From Octopus bimaculoides (Eukaryota), in assembly GCF_001194135.2 (NCBI RefSeq), contig NC_068984.1, positions 98,214,259 through 98,278,258 of the forward strand: a stretch of 64,000 bases of DNA. The letters are read 5' to 3'. The number at the start of each line of letters is the position of its first letter. The first letter of the stretch is position 1. The notes below the pieces were generated by a model. It ran no database searches. It had not been told where the DNA came from and saw only the letters and a program-made list of their open reading frames with translations. The position numbers and the translations under genes are program-made. Shown piece by piece: positions 38,093-50,400 of the stretch.

Positions 38093-39859
38093 GTTAGATT
38101 GTAAAATGAATCCTGTCTGAGTTTATGTATATATCTAGCAATAAGACTTAATGTGCTTTTCATTTTTAATGTATCCTTCCATTTTTAAAGATAATATTGT
38201 GTGATTGAAGAAGATTTAGCCATTATTGCTATTTTATTGAATGATAACTTAGAAAGTCCCAGATTGACCTGTTTTCTGTTGTATTTCTAGTTTTTACTTC
38301 TTGGACAGTCCTAATCTATCAGACTTGTGATCAAAGATATTCCTGCCAAGATCATCCTGTATTTGATTTGACATTGTTATTTAGAACTACATTATCAAGC
38401 ATGTTTTACTATTTTTTTGTTTTTGTTTTAAACATTGGGCTGTGATTTAATAGAGATCTGCACTCTATTTCTAGTAGATCAAACAACCACATTGAAGGTT
38501 CTTCATTTCCTATTGCCATACATCTGGTTATACAATGTTGTTTCCCACTACTTCCTTCTAATAGTTCTTATCTCATCAAACACTCTACTGAAAGACTACA
38601 ATTGTAGCCCCACTTCCCTTTCTCGCCTTCCAGCAACCAGTTGTGGACACTTGCATAATTCCCATCACATATGTTGTTACTCTCTGCAGCCATACCTTCA
38701 TGTATCTCTCTTTTCTTAATTATTCTGTTGCTAGTTCTTTCTTTTTATTTTATTTCCTTCATTCTTTCTCTGTCTTTTCTTTCTGTTCATATTTTCTTCT
38801 TTATTTCTTTTTCTCTGTCTTCTAGCTTTCCTTCATCCTGTTATCAAAAACTTATATGAAAAACATATAAATTTTCTCAAGAACTTCTCTTGTTCATAGT
38901 TGGTTATCATTTCATTGAAATGCTTCTATTTCCTAATACTTAGATGCTGATGGATATTTTTTTGTTCTGTCCATCTGGCTGTAAGTCATTCGTGATTCCT
39001 TCCTAGAGCAGTGTACAATCTGCTTCAATCCTTAGCTAATACTAGATGGTAGGGTTGGAATAACACTGTTGATTTTAAACCAACATAGAATATATTCTGG
39101 TAGCATGCAAGTCACCTCTTAGAAAACATATATAGCAACATAACAAGTCATGAATATCTTTATGATGAATTAAAACAAAACAATGCTCAAGCTTGAATGT
39201 AATGAGGTGAGAGAAAATATCACAAAGTATACAAAGAAAAGTTAGAACTTGGAATTCTGAATGCTGCATATGACTGGAAAATGCAGTGGATTTAGTAGAA
39301 GTACTATAGTTCCCAAACTATATTTCTTTAATGAAGTAATGCCCTAACTTTATGGCTTAATCTAATTTGACCTGTACTTATCTTGAATGATTAGTTTAAT
39401 CTGTTGTCTGATTTAACATCAACACCTGGCATTTAAATACAATTAACAGGATCCACTCAGGTGCAAGTATTTGGATCAAGCTTGTGATGCTTGTGATTCA
39501 AAAGTGTGACCAGTAGTATATTTATTATCTAAAAGACTTTTATCCAAATGACTAAAGACTCTGCCAATTTGCCACCTGCTTAAGTCATAAAATAAAAGTC
39601 ATCTGCATCATTAGAAATAGTTGTTTCTAATTTAAGCACAAGGCTAGTAAGTTTGAGAGGAAGCAGTTTATTACATTGATCCCATTACTTGGCTAATATT
39701 TCTATCAACCCTGGAGAGATGAATAGAAAAGTTGATCTGGGCAGGATTCGAACTCAGAAAGTAAAGTACTGGAAGAAATGCTTTGAGGCAATTTTTCAAT
39801 TACTCCAGTGATTTTGTCAGCTCACCATCCTTCCATCATTAGAAATAACGGTCAACATT

Positions 39860-40831
39860 ATCCCCGGACTGGCTCATGTGCGGGCGACACATGAAATCTT
39901 TCGAGCGGGATTGTTGCCAGTGCCCCTGGACTGGCTCATGTGCAGGCGACACATGATATCTTTCGTGCGAGATCATTGCCAGTGCCCATGGACTGGCTCT
40001 TGTGCGAGTGACACATGAGGTTTTTCGAGCGAGATCGTTGGCGGTGCCCCTGGACTGGCTCATGTGCGGGCGACACATGAAATCTTTCGAGCGGGATCGT
40101 TGTCAGTGTCCCTGGACTGGCTTATGTGCGGGAGACACATGAAATCTTTCGAGCGGGATCGATGCCAGTGCCCCTNNNNNNNNNNNNNNNNNNNNNNNNN
40201 NNNNNNNNNNNNNNNNNNNNNNNNNNNNNNNNNNNNNNNNNNNNNNNNNNNNNNNNNNNNNNNNNNNNNNNNNNNNNNNNNNNNNNNNNNNNNNNNNNNN
40301 NNNNNNNNNNNNNNNNNNNNNNNNNNNNNNNNNNNNNNNNNNNNNNNNNNNNNNNNNNNNNNNNNNNNNNNNNNNNNNNNNNNNNNNNNNNNNNNATCCC
40401 CGGACTGGCTCATGTGCGGGCGACACATGAAATCTTTCGAGCGGGATTGTTGCCAGTGCCCCTGGACTGGCTCATGTGCAGGCGACACATGATATCTTTC
40501 GTGCGAGATCATTGCCAGTGCCCATGGACTGGCTCTTGTGCGAGTGACACATGAGGTTTTTCGAGCGAGATCGTTGCCGGTGCCCCTGGACTGGCTCTTG
40601 TGCGGGTGGCACATAAAAGACACCATTTCGAGCGTGGCCGTTTTCGTGCGGGTGACACGTAAAAGCACCCACTACACTCTCTGAGTGGTTGGCGTTAGGA
40701 AGGGCATCCAGCTGTAGAAACTCTGCCAAATCAGATTGGAGCCTGGTGTTGCCATCCGGTTTCACCAGTCCTCAGTCAAATCGTCCAACCCATGCTAGCA
40801 TGGAAGGTGGACGTTAAACGATGATGATGAT
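39860..40831 (+). mobile_element. 5'-truncated RTE 3' UTR copy with a 62-bp minisatellite array
   Basis: GGACTGGCTC recurs at 39866, 39928, 39990, 40052, 40114, 40402, 40464, 40526 and 40588 (period 62); followed by GGAAGGGCATCCAGC and CCAACCCATGCTAGCATGG..(ATG)n tail; 220-N gap inside. Confidence 0.85.
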
Positions 40832-40924
40832 TTCTAGTTTATAAAGCTTACTTTCAATAGGCTTATCTTCTATTTCCATAGTCTTCTAAATGCTTTGCAT
40901 TTTCACATATGCCTTAATCTATAT

Positions 40925-41754
40925 GCCACTCAAGAACTGGCAAAAGAACTTCAAGTTAATCAGAAAACTGCCTGCAACCTTTTGCATGCGATTGGAAAGT
41001 CAAAAGCACTTGACAAATGGGTACCACACAATTTGAAGGAAAATCAGAAAATGCGCTGATATGAAATTTGCTTGTCGCTTCTCCATAACCAGACTGATCC
41101 ATTTCTCAGCCATATTGTAGCTTGCAATGAAAAGTGGATTCTGTACAATAATAAAAAACTTTCTTCGCAGTGGTTAAACCAAAATGTAGTACTGAAAACC
41201 TTCCCTAAACCCAAGCTCTTCAAAAAGATGCTTATGGTGACTTCTTGGTGGTGTGCTGCTGGACTTGTCCACTATAACTTCTCAAAACCTAGAAAAACCA
41301 TTCTGTAGAAACATATTGCCATGAAATTGCTAAAATGAATGAAAAATTACCACTCCTCTGTCCCTGACTTGTCAACAGAAGAGGTCCAATCATTCTTCAT
41401 GACAATGCTCAACCTGCATGTTTCACTAATGACACTCCAGGAGTTGAGGAAACTTGGCTATGATGTTCTTCACCAGACCTTTCTCCTACCGACTACCACT
41501 TTTTCAAGCACCTTGATGGTTTCCTGCGAGATAAAGAGTTCAAAAATCAAGCCGATGCTGAAAGTGCATTCAAAGCATTCATCAGCTCCAGAACTGCAGA
41601 TTTTTATGGTACCAGAATAAATAAACTTGTAACTCGTTGGCAAAATGTGCTGATTGTAATGGTACTACTCTGATGAATAAAATTTCCGCATTGTTGAAAT
41701 ATATTGTGATGAATTTCATTTTTTCAAAATGTTGCTTATTTTCTACTCAGCCCG

Positions 41755-41757
<3 letters not shown>
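40925..41757 (+). mobile_element. Mariner transposase pseudogene, Hsmar1/cecropia-like, 5' truncated
   Basis: DKWVPHNLKENQK, IVACNEKWILYNN, FPKPKL, MVTSWW, LHDNA, PTDYHFFKHLD and RWQKCADCNG motifs spread across frames. Confidence 0.9.

Positions 41758-41801
<44 letters not shown>
41757..41801. repeat. (TG)n microsatellite
   Basis: Direct reading; it begins at the right end of the mariner. Confidence 0.9.
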
Positions 41802-41802
<1 letters not shown>

Positions 41803-44800
41803 ACGTGTCTGTATACACACACGGAAACACACACACTCTGTGCAGAGCAAGCAATAACAGTAAATATAAGAGAAAGATGTTTAAACAGTTAGGGGTATAT
41901 TATCTTCATAGCTAATCCTAGGCAGAAAGTAACAGGTTTAGTTTCCTTGCTTTAATGTTTTTGTAGTAGTAGTAGCAGCAGCAGCAGCTGTAGTAGTATT
42001 TACTAATGAAATTTCTCCTCCTCCCCTTCACCCCTGCTAGTAGTTGGTGGGTGTTTCCTTGGTTGGTAAGGATATTTTTGTACATCCCATCCAAAATAGC
42101 TATAGACTCTTGTAGTGTAGAGCTGCTGTTGGTTGAGTGCCAGTGCAATGATTGCTGTTTTTTGGCTTCCATCCTGTCTTGGAGTATAGCTGCATTAATC
42201 TCTTTTGCTTTAATGTACCATTCATAACTTTGAAAATATTTCCTGTCACTCTGCACTAAGCGTACCATTCCTTATCCCCACCACCACCACTACCAACAAT
42301 AACAGTAGCAGTAATAACAGCACCCTCACCATCATCACCATTACCAGTAAGAACAGCAGTAGCATCACCACTGCTATCACCACTACAATTGCCATCATCA
42401 TTAACAACAAGAACAAACTAATAGAATCTCTCTGTAGTTATGCAACATGCTGAAAATAGCAGCCAAATCTCCCTGTAAAGCACATTGTACTACTTCAATA
42501 AAAAATTTAAAAAACAGTTGGATAATATAGTCTTAAATATATAAGGTCTTATAATAAGATGCGATGGTCATAGCTGGGAATTCTGTCATAAGTTGTCTTA
42601 TTCGACTGACCTGAAAATATAACTACTCTTATCACTACCACCACAAACAAGGAAGCTTCTCAAATGTTGCTAAACTGACTAGAAATAATAGCCAAATTTC
42701 CTCACATCACAGCCTACCATCTTAAAAAGGTCAGACACGTTGGCCAATCTAGTCCTATCTATGCAAAATGATGGGGTGATCACAGCTAGAAAACCTTTGA
42801 TTTTGTTTGATCATAATTAATCTAGGATCCAACAACAGCACTGCCACCTACAACAACATCTATGATACCATCAATACTTTTTCCACTATAACCACCACCA
42901 ATAACAGTAATGACACTACCACTACCAATAACAACATTACCACCAACAACAGTGACAACAACACCAGTACCACCAACCCACCACCATCAGCACCACCACC
43001 CCATCATTCAGTTTATTTCCTTATCTATTAGAAGTACATCTTGCTCACTTCTTCCTCACTCATTTCTTCCAACCCACTTCATTCCTCTCTTCACTTCTAT
43101 ATGTACCCCACTACTTGAGATCTAGATATTAAGTTGTTGTTCATTGAATAACACCTCCACATAACATGGAATCCACACAACTGGTTTCCTTTCATCTAAA
43201 TATTCTTTTTTCTTTCTTCTTTCTCTCTTCTCTCTACCTTTTTCTCCATTTCTTTGTTGTTTCTCTTGTGCACCAGCATGGCCTTTACTTTGATGACTAA
43301 AGTAAAGAATTAGTAAGATCTAAGTACAGAATTTAGATGAATAAGTCTAAATACTCCAAGACATGTAGCCTATCATTTGACTATCAAGCACATCTGCCAC
43401 TGCTTTACCCTTCACTTTTCCTTTCAGGCGGGATCTTGTGACATTAATGGCTTTTCCAAGGTTACAAGGCATTGGAAGGAAATGAAATAGAAAATATTGG
43501 AAAGTATCTGGACATTACATTCTGTGACACATGATGTGTTGTATCATTTCTTTGTTCTTTTTCTACTGCCTCTCTAATGGCCTATGCCTGATCTTATGCT
43601 ACCTCCACTCAAGTCTTCCTCGCTCATTTATTTCTCCTCTTGTCACACATATTATGTCTCTACAACTATGCTCAGTTGATCTTTTCTTAGATGCTCAACC
43701 CTCTAAAATATTTTTCCTCGTGCATATCTTTTTCTTGTAGAAATATTCACAGCACTGATTTTCCCATCTCAGGGCTCTGGTGGAAACTGTCCCTTGCTTT
43801 TACTAAACTAATTTTAAAAAACCATGTCTTTGTGGGTGAATGATATTGCTGTTGAAACTGGAATACAGTAAACAGTGCCAATCTAACTGGTGAAGTGACA
43901 AAGACTACTCTGTGACATGTGAGTGAAAATGGTCTTTGTTAATACAAGAGTACAAACTCAAGTGAATGTAAGACATTAGAACTGTGTAATTGATAACTGA
44001 ATTGTAAAACAACTCTTATCCTTCGTCTAAGAATCATTTGCAGGTTCCTTGAGACGAAATCTCAAGGCATCAATATGACGATGGAAATTTTTGGTATAAT
44101 AATAATTGTTCCAAATTTTGGCATGTAATTTTTCTAGCGGGAGAGGTTATTTGATTACATCAACCCTTGTATTTGACTGATACTTTATCGACCCCAGAAG
44201 GAGGAAAAGCAAAGTTGACCTTGAACTTAAAATGTAAAGAGTTGCAAGAAATGCTGTATGGCAGTTTATTTGATGCTCTAATAATTTTGTCAGTTCACAG
44301 CAATTTTTTTGAGAGGTTCGGATTAATGTCATTGACCCTAGTATTTGACTGATATTTTATTCTATTAACGCAATGTTAATCTCAACAGAATTTGAACTCA
44401 GAAGATAAAGGGCCAGAAGAAATAATGTAATACATTTTTTACAACCACTAATGATTTTTATGATTTACTGCCCTTAATGTTTTCAAAGATAAGCCCAAAG
44501 TCAGAAATTTCAGGGAGGAAGTTAGCGGATGAAATTGACTCTGAGATGGAGAGATGTGGGGCAGAATTGATCTTACCAGAATTTTAATTCAGACTGTATA
44601 GAGTCTGAACAAATACCACTAAGCATTTTTTTTTACACTAATGATTTTACTTATTCACCAACTTAATAATAATTGTCTAACTAAAGCCAAGGTCAGTAAA
44701 TCTGATTGCACTCACCCCAATGTTTCACTGATACTTTATTTTATCAACCTTGAAAAGATGGACAAAGTTAACCTCAATGGGAATTGAAGTCAGAACACAA

Positions 44801-45189
44801 GGAGCCAGAGCAATTATTGCAAAGCATTTGTCTAATGCTCTTATGATTCTGCCAACCCATCACCTGAATAACAGTAATAATAACAACAACAATGAATTCT
44901 CCTGTTGAAAATTACATAAGAGTGTTCAGCATTTTGCCAAACAACCTGCTCAAATGATTTGTTTATAGTGATCAAATGTATGTGCTGCACATTAGCTCGC
45001 TTTCTCCATCAAATCAATGTAGTCTGAACAGGTGCACAGTGTACTACATGTCAGGTGTTGAAGTGATTGCAAGCAACATGAGATGAGGTGTTTTGCCCAA
45101 GAACACAATGTGGAAGCTGTTCTAGGAATTGAAACCATGATCTTGTGATCATGACTGCAACACCCTAACCAATAAGACATGCATCCTAT

Positions 45190-46460
45190 AATAATAATAA
45201 TAATGAGGATTTCATTTATTTGCCACAAGGGTGAAGGATGAGGGGGACAATACAAAGACTAACATAAAGTGTGGAGGTTTACGTATAATGAAATGATAAA
45301 AAAAAAAAGGTAAGTATACATGGTATACACTGAAAAAGAAGAGACATATACATAGTATACAAAGGTTTAAAAAAAAAAGTGGGAGAGGATGATAGAGATG
45401 TAACCCTCTTGACGCAGAAGGATCTCTAGGGATAATGGAGGAACCCTAATGTCCAAGCTTTCCCTGAATACCAAGAGCAAATACCCTCTCCAATTCCTTC
45501 TCTCTGACTTACAGGTCTACACTGAAAGAAGTACCATCTACTCTTGCCATTTTCGCAACTTCCACCCACCTTTCAAAAAACACTCTTGAGGACAACACTT
45601 CCCTCACCACTCTCAGTTTCCCTTCCAAGTGAAACTTGAAGTCAATGAGAGCACTACCAAAGAGGAATGTATTTGTCTTCATGCCTTTCAGCCTTGTCCA
45701 CCAAACAACCTCTTTTGCCACAGCCACTAGGCAAAGGAATACTGCCTTACCTGTCCAACTGAAGGAGGGCGACGGGGCATCATCACTACAGACTCGGCTG
45801 ACAGACTGATCCGTCCCACACGTGACAGCAGCTAGTCAATATAAACCCACAAGTCAGCAATGCCTGGACAATGAATGTGTGTGTGCAGAACAGTTTTGTC
45901 ACTCTCCATGCACCTCACACAAGTCTATCTGACAGCACACCTGTGCCTGTAGAGTTTATCTCAAACTTGTACCCCCCCCTCCCACCGGTAGCACTTGCCA
46001 GGCCAAGGACATCTGGAAATTATCCATGATAGTTCTTCCTGACTGGAAAGTCCTCTGGAACAGACTAGCCAGTTTGTTTTCATTGGTGCCCAGAGTCTCC
46101 CCATCCAGAAATCATTGCAGATGGTGTAACCTAAGAATGTGTCTGCACATTAGGAGCCACTGCATAACTAATCTGCCACTCAGAGGATGCTGGCAACAGA
46201 TTGCTCACCTGACCGTTAGAACGCATCCCTTCCACAAGAACTTAAACAAGAGATGTTCCAACCTGCTCAAGCAGTAACTGGTACAAGGCACGACGGTCAG
46301 GTGGTAAATGATAACGGAGGCGATATAGGCATTCGCCACCTCTACCCGATCTTTCAGGGACAGCCTCCTCTCAGCCCATTTCTGGGTAATACTGGCCACC
46401 CTGTTCGCCACCTCATTCCAGTTCTTATCAACCTGGAGGTCAGGACCAAACCAGACTCTG
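45190..46460 (-). mobile_element. Tx1/L1-clade LINE 3' fragment
   Basis: RRLSLKDRVEVANAYIASVIIY...LFKFLWKG, zinc-knuckle-like CVRCMESDKTVLH, C-terminal EVVWWTRLKG, and an AATAAA-containing tail ending at an (ATT)n run. Confidence 0.75.
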
Positions 46461-46902
46461 AGCAGTTATAATAAGTACTAACAGTACCCATGAAAATTCC
46501 ACAGTAAATATGAAATTTTTCAGATGGTTTTAAGTTTATATAGAACCAAGCTACTACAACTACTACTACATAATAATAATAATAATAATGAAGCTACTCC
46601 TTTCTATTATAGGCTAAGGTCTGAAATCTTGTGGGCTAGTTGATTACATCAACTCATGTGCTTCACTGGTACTTATTTTACCAACCCCAAAAAATGAAGG
46701 GCAAAGTCAACTTTGGCAGAATTTGAACTCAGAATTTAAAGCTGGATGAAATGCTGTAAAGCATTTTGTCTGGCATACTAACAATTCTGCCAGCTCACCA
46801 TCTTAATAATGTGAATTATCATAAAGATTGTAATTATTTTGCTTTAAATTTAAATACTGTTTCTTTATCTTACATCTTTATGATTTTACTTGCTTATTTC
46901 AG

Positions 46903-46983
46903 AATAATCTGGCAAAAGTACAGGTCCTGCTGACTGAAGGAGCTAATGTAAATACAAAAGACCATGCTGGATGGACACCTTTG
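46903..46983 (+). CDS. BARD1: BARD1 orthologue, 81-nt ankyrin exon (phase 0/0)
   Basis: ttatttcAG acceptor and GT donor at 46984; NNLAKVQVLLTEGANVNTKDHAGWTPL continues ankyrin 1 into ankyrin 2. Confidence 0.93.
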
Positions 46984-47420
46984 GTATATATTATTATTAT
47001 TGTTATCATCTTTCATAAACCATGTTACATTTTAACAGCACACATTATTTTTTAAATTGTATTTTTTTTTTACCTATATGAAAATTTATTTTTTGTTTTG
47101 GTTAATAATTTTATATTTAGGTACAGTTTGCTTTTTTGTGAACTGTAAAGCAGTGTTGACTCAAAGTTTTCTTTGTAATTGTTAAAAAATTCATATCTAA
47201 AAAAAAAAATGGATTCCAGCCAAGGAATCATAATGTTTGATGTGAAAGAAACAGAAAGGAAGAGATTAGAGTTTAAGAGAAAGATGAGAGAGAGAGAGAG
47301 AGAGAGCCAGCATTGAAAATGTTGTCAGAGTCTCTCCTACAACTAATGCAGGTGTTGCAACCATAGCAATAAAAAGTATTAAAGTCACAGTTGAAGCAAT
47401 TGTAGTGTCACCATATACAG

Positions 47421-47473
47421 ACAAGTCCATCTGACAGCACACCTGTGCCTGTAGAGTCTATCTCAAACTTGTA
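47421..47473. repeat. 53-bp copy of 45919-45971
   Basis: Direct repeat with 2 mismatches. Confidence 0.9.
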
Positions 47474-50400
47474 GGAAAGTAGCTGTAATACTTGTTCCAA
47501 CAACAGTGTCTACAATAATAATGACATTAACCAATCATTATTAGACTACAAAGAAAATATTGTTTGCTTCTGTTAAGTACAGTGAATACAATTCATTTAC
47601 TGGATGGCAAGCAGGAAATAACCAAGAAATATAAGGATGACATAAAAGATAAGAAGCATTATGTGCTAGTGTATGGAAACTACAATGCTCAACCCCAACT
47701 CAAATAGGAAAGTGTCTATAAGGAACCTAGTTTACAGTCACCTACATAGCAAGAGGAAGACAACATGGGACTATTATTGCTATCTGCAACAATGAAAAGA
47801 GGTTAGATCAATGGCTATAACCATTTACATGTTCTAGAAGTTTATAATGAATCTGAGCCACCAGCATAGCACCCCACAGAGATAGATCAGAGTGATAACA
47901 ATGGTTGGGGAGCAGAGGTAGTAATGGGATTCACCTCCCAATCCCAGCAAAACAAAATGGAAACATCACTGGATTCCTAGATGTTGATCACACCTGAGGA
48001 CCTTGCTAGTGTCACTAATCATTTCCAGGTCAAAGTGTGCATGGCAATGGGAGTGGTTGTCAGAGGAAGACAACCTAGAATCCCACATCAGAACATCTGG
48101 CCACACAGTAGAGAAATCATCTTTAAATATTAAGAGAGGATATGTATGTAAGTTATGAATGTATACAGGTACTTACTTTATTGAGCATAGAAAGATGATC
48201 AAACACATCACCCTCAGAAATAGATCTCATTAAGTACCCAATACATTTAACTTATTGTTCTACCAGTTCTGTCACCTATCATCTAACAATAGCATTAATC
48301 ATTTGCTACAAGAGCAATGGTTGTAGAGACCAATTACAAAATCATTGGTGGGGTGGTACATAAAATTGAGTATGAGTAAACAGACATGGGAAACCAGTTT
48401 TATATCTATAAAAATAAGGATTTCTAACATAATTGCAAGGTTATACACTATTAAATAGAGCAGATATATTTAAAACTTCCTCAGTACTTGATTGTACTTC
48501 ATTAATACTGAAAGGATAATGGTCAAAGGTGAGCTTTGTGAGATTTGAAGATAGAACTTAAACTAAATACTACATTTTATTCAACATTTTACTAGTTCTG
48601 CCCCTCTAACACCATTAATAATACTAATAATGACTTCTTTATAGTCACAAGGCTACAAATATTTGGCAAAGGTGCATATTTGATTTAATTAACAGCAATA
48701 TTTGACAGGTACTTATTTAATCTATTCTAGAAAGATTGAGAGGAAGAGAGTTCAGTTTATTTATCCCTTATTGCTATTGACAAATTTAATCTACTTTAGA
48801 AAGGTTGAAAGATTAAAAGAATATTGTTGATTTAATCAAACATTGTAATTGACAGGTACATATTTAATATACCCTAGAAATAATGAAAAGCAAAGTTAAT
48901 GAATACGAGATTTGAACTCTGAATATAAAGTAATATAACTTAAAAAATAGTTATTTTATCTAGCACTCTACTAAATTGGTCACCCATGCCCTCACACAGC
49001 CACTTATTTTGGAAGGAAAGAGCAGGCTATTACTATTACTCATAATAAATTTTATAGCATCATTTTAAAATGTAATAAAATATACTATAAAAATGCCATA
49101 AAATCTTTAAGACTAAATATCCTCCACCACCACCACTGCTCCAAATAATATATAAATAATTAAGTTATACATGTTGTGTATGATTACATAGTTATGAAGT
49201 TCTCTTCAAAATTATATGGTTCTATATTCAGACCAGCTGTGTGGTACTTTGGGTGTCTTTTACCTTGACCTTAGATCAGTCAAACTACTGTGATTGATCT
49301 GAGTCCACAGAAATAAGATGGAAGCCTGTCATATGGACTGTACACATTGGGTGAGACAGTTTAAATGTTAGCCAACATAACTCTATCACCTGAATCCTTA
49401 AGTGTTATTTGTGGAATCTACCTCTTTGCAATAAGATTTCCAGATTCAGGCTAATCCTCCCTTCCACCATTCTTGGTAACTTTGTTATAAAGTCATGTTT
49501 TGTCCTACTTAGACTAAGCTGTAAACAAAAATAAACTTTAATGATTGGGTGAAAATGATTTGAAGAGTAGCCCTTTCCCTTGAGAAACACAATTTTATTG
49601 AGTTCATATATAATGTTGGAGAGTACTACTTAACGTTACATAAGTAGACCTTTCTCAGCATTTAATAATAAACAAGTATCAGAATACTTATTATTGGACT
49701 TCTGCAAAGTGTGGAGGTTAAGAACAGAGAAAACTGCTTTCAGTCCTTCAAAATTATATTTGAAAGGTGTTCACAACAAACAATATTTATAATGATGATG
49801 ATGATTATTTCTGTCCAAGGCAGAAGGTGGCATATACTCATTGAAGAGTTGAATATAATCAATTAAATGAAATCCTAGTATTTGAATGGTACTTAATTTA
49901 TGAACTGTAGCAAGAAGAATGGCAAATTCAACCTTGATAAGATTGGAAGTGCAACACAAATGTATGTAACTAAATATGGCAAAGTATTTTGTTTGCCACT
50001 CTTCCGATTCTGCCATCCACCAATTTCTAACACTGCCACAAGGTCACATATCTTAGGGGCGAAGGATAGAAGTGATTTAATTTACTATAATTACTCGACT
50101 GGTACTTTATTTTATGAACCCTGGTAGGATGGAAAGCAGAGGGGATGAAGTGTTATAAGTTTATACTTCATCACTTACACCGTATATTGGATAGCTTGTG
50201 GAGGAATAAATTGTTATTTGGACTAAGTTAGACATGATTAAGCATACCTATATTCAAAAACTTTCTGTGACCATCATGTCTTTTATTCAGACATTCTATT
50301 AAGGTCCATATTTGTCCCATATGTGCTCAATAATAAAAAGATTTTAACTCTCTCTCTCTCTCTCTCTCTCTCTCCAGATCACATACATCACCCTCACCTT

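Noticed and set aside
39860-40600. Apparent higher-order repeat (39860-40062 recurs at 40396-40598)
   Set aside because: The second copy starts right after a gap and repeats the junction ATCCCC, so false duplication is at least as likely.
39866-40660. CRISPR-like array or ribozyme in the 62-bp units
   Set aside because: No unique spacers, eukaryotic context, no cas genes; GAAA occurs but CUGANGA is absent on both strands.
47480-48200. Possible APE endonuclease remnant (GNYNA, NHFQV)
   Set aside because: Too degenerate to support without a search.
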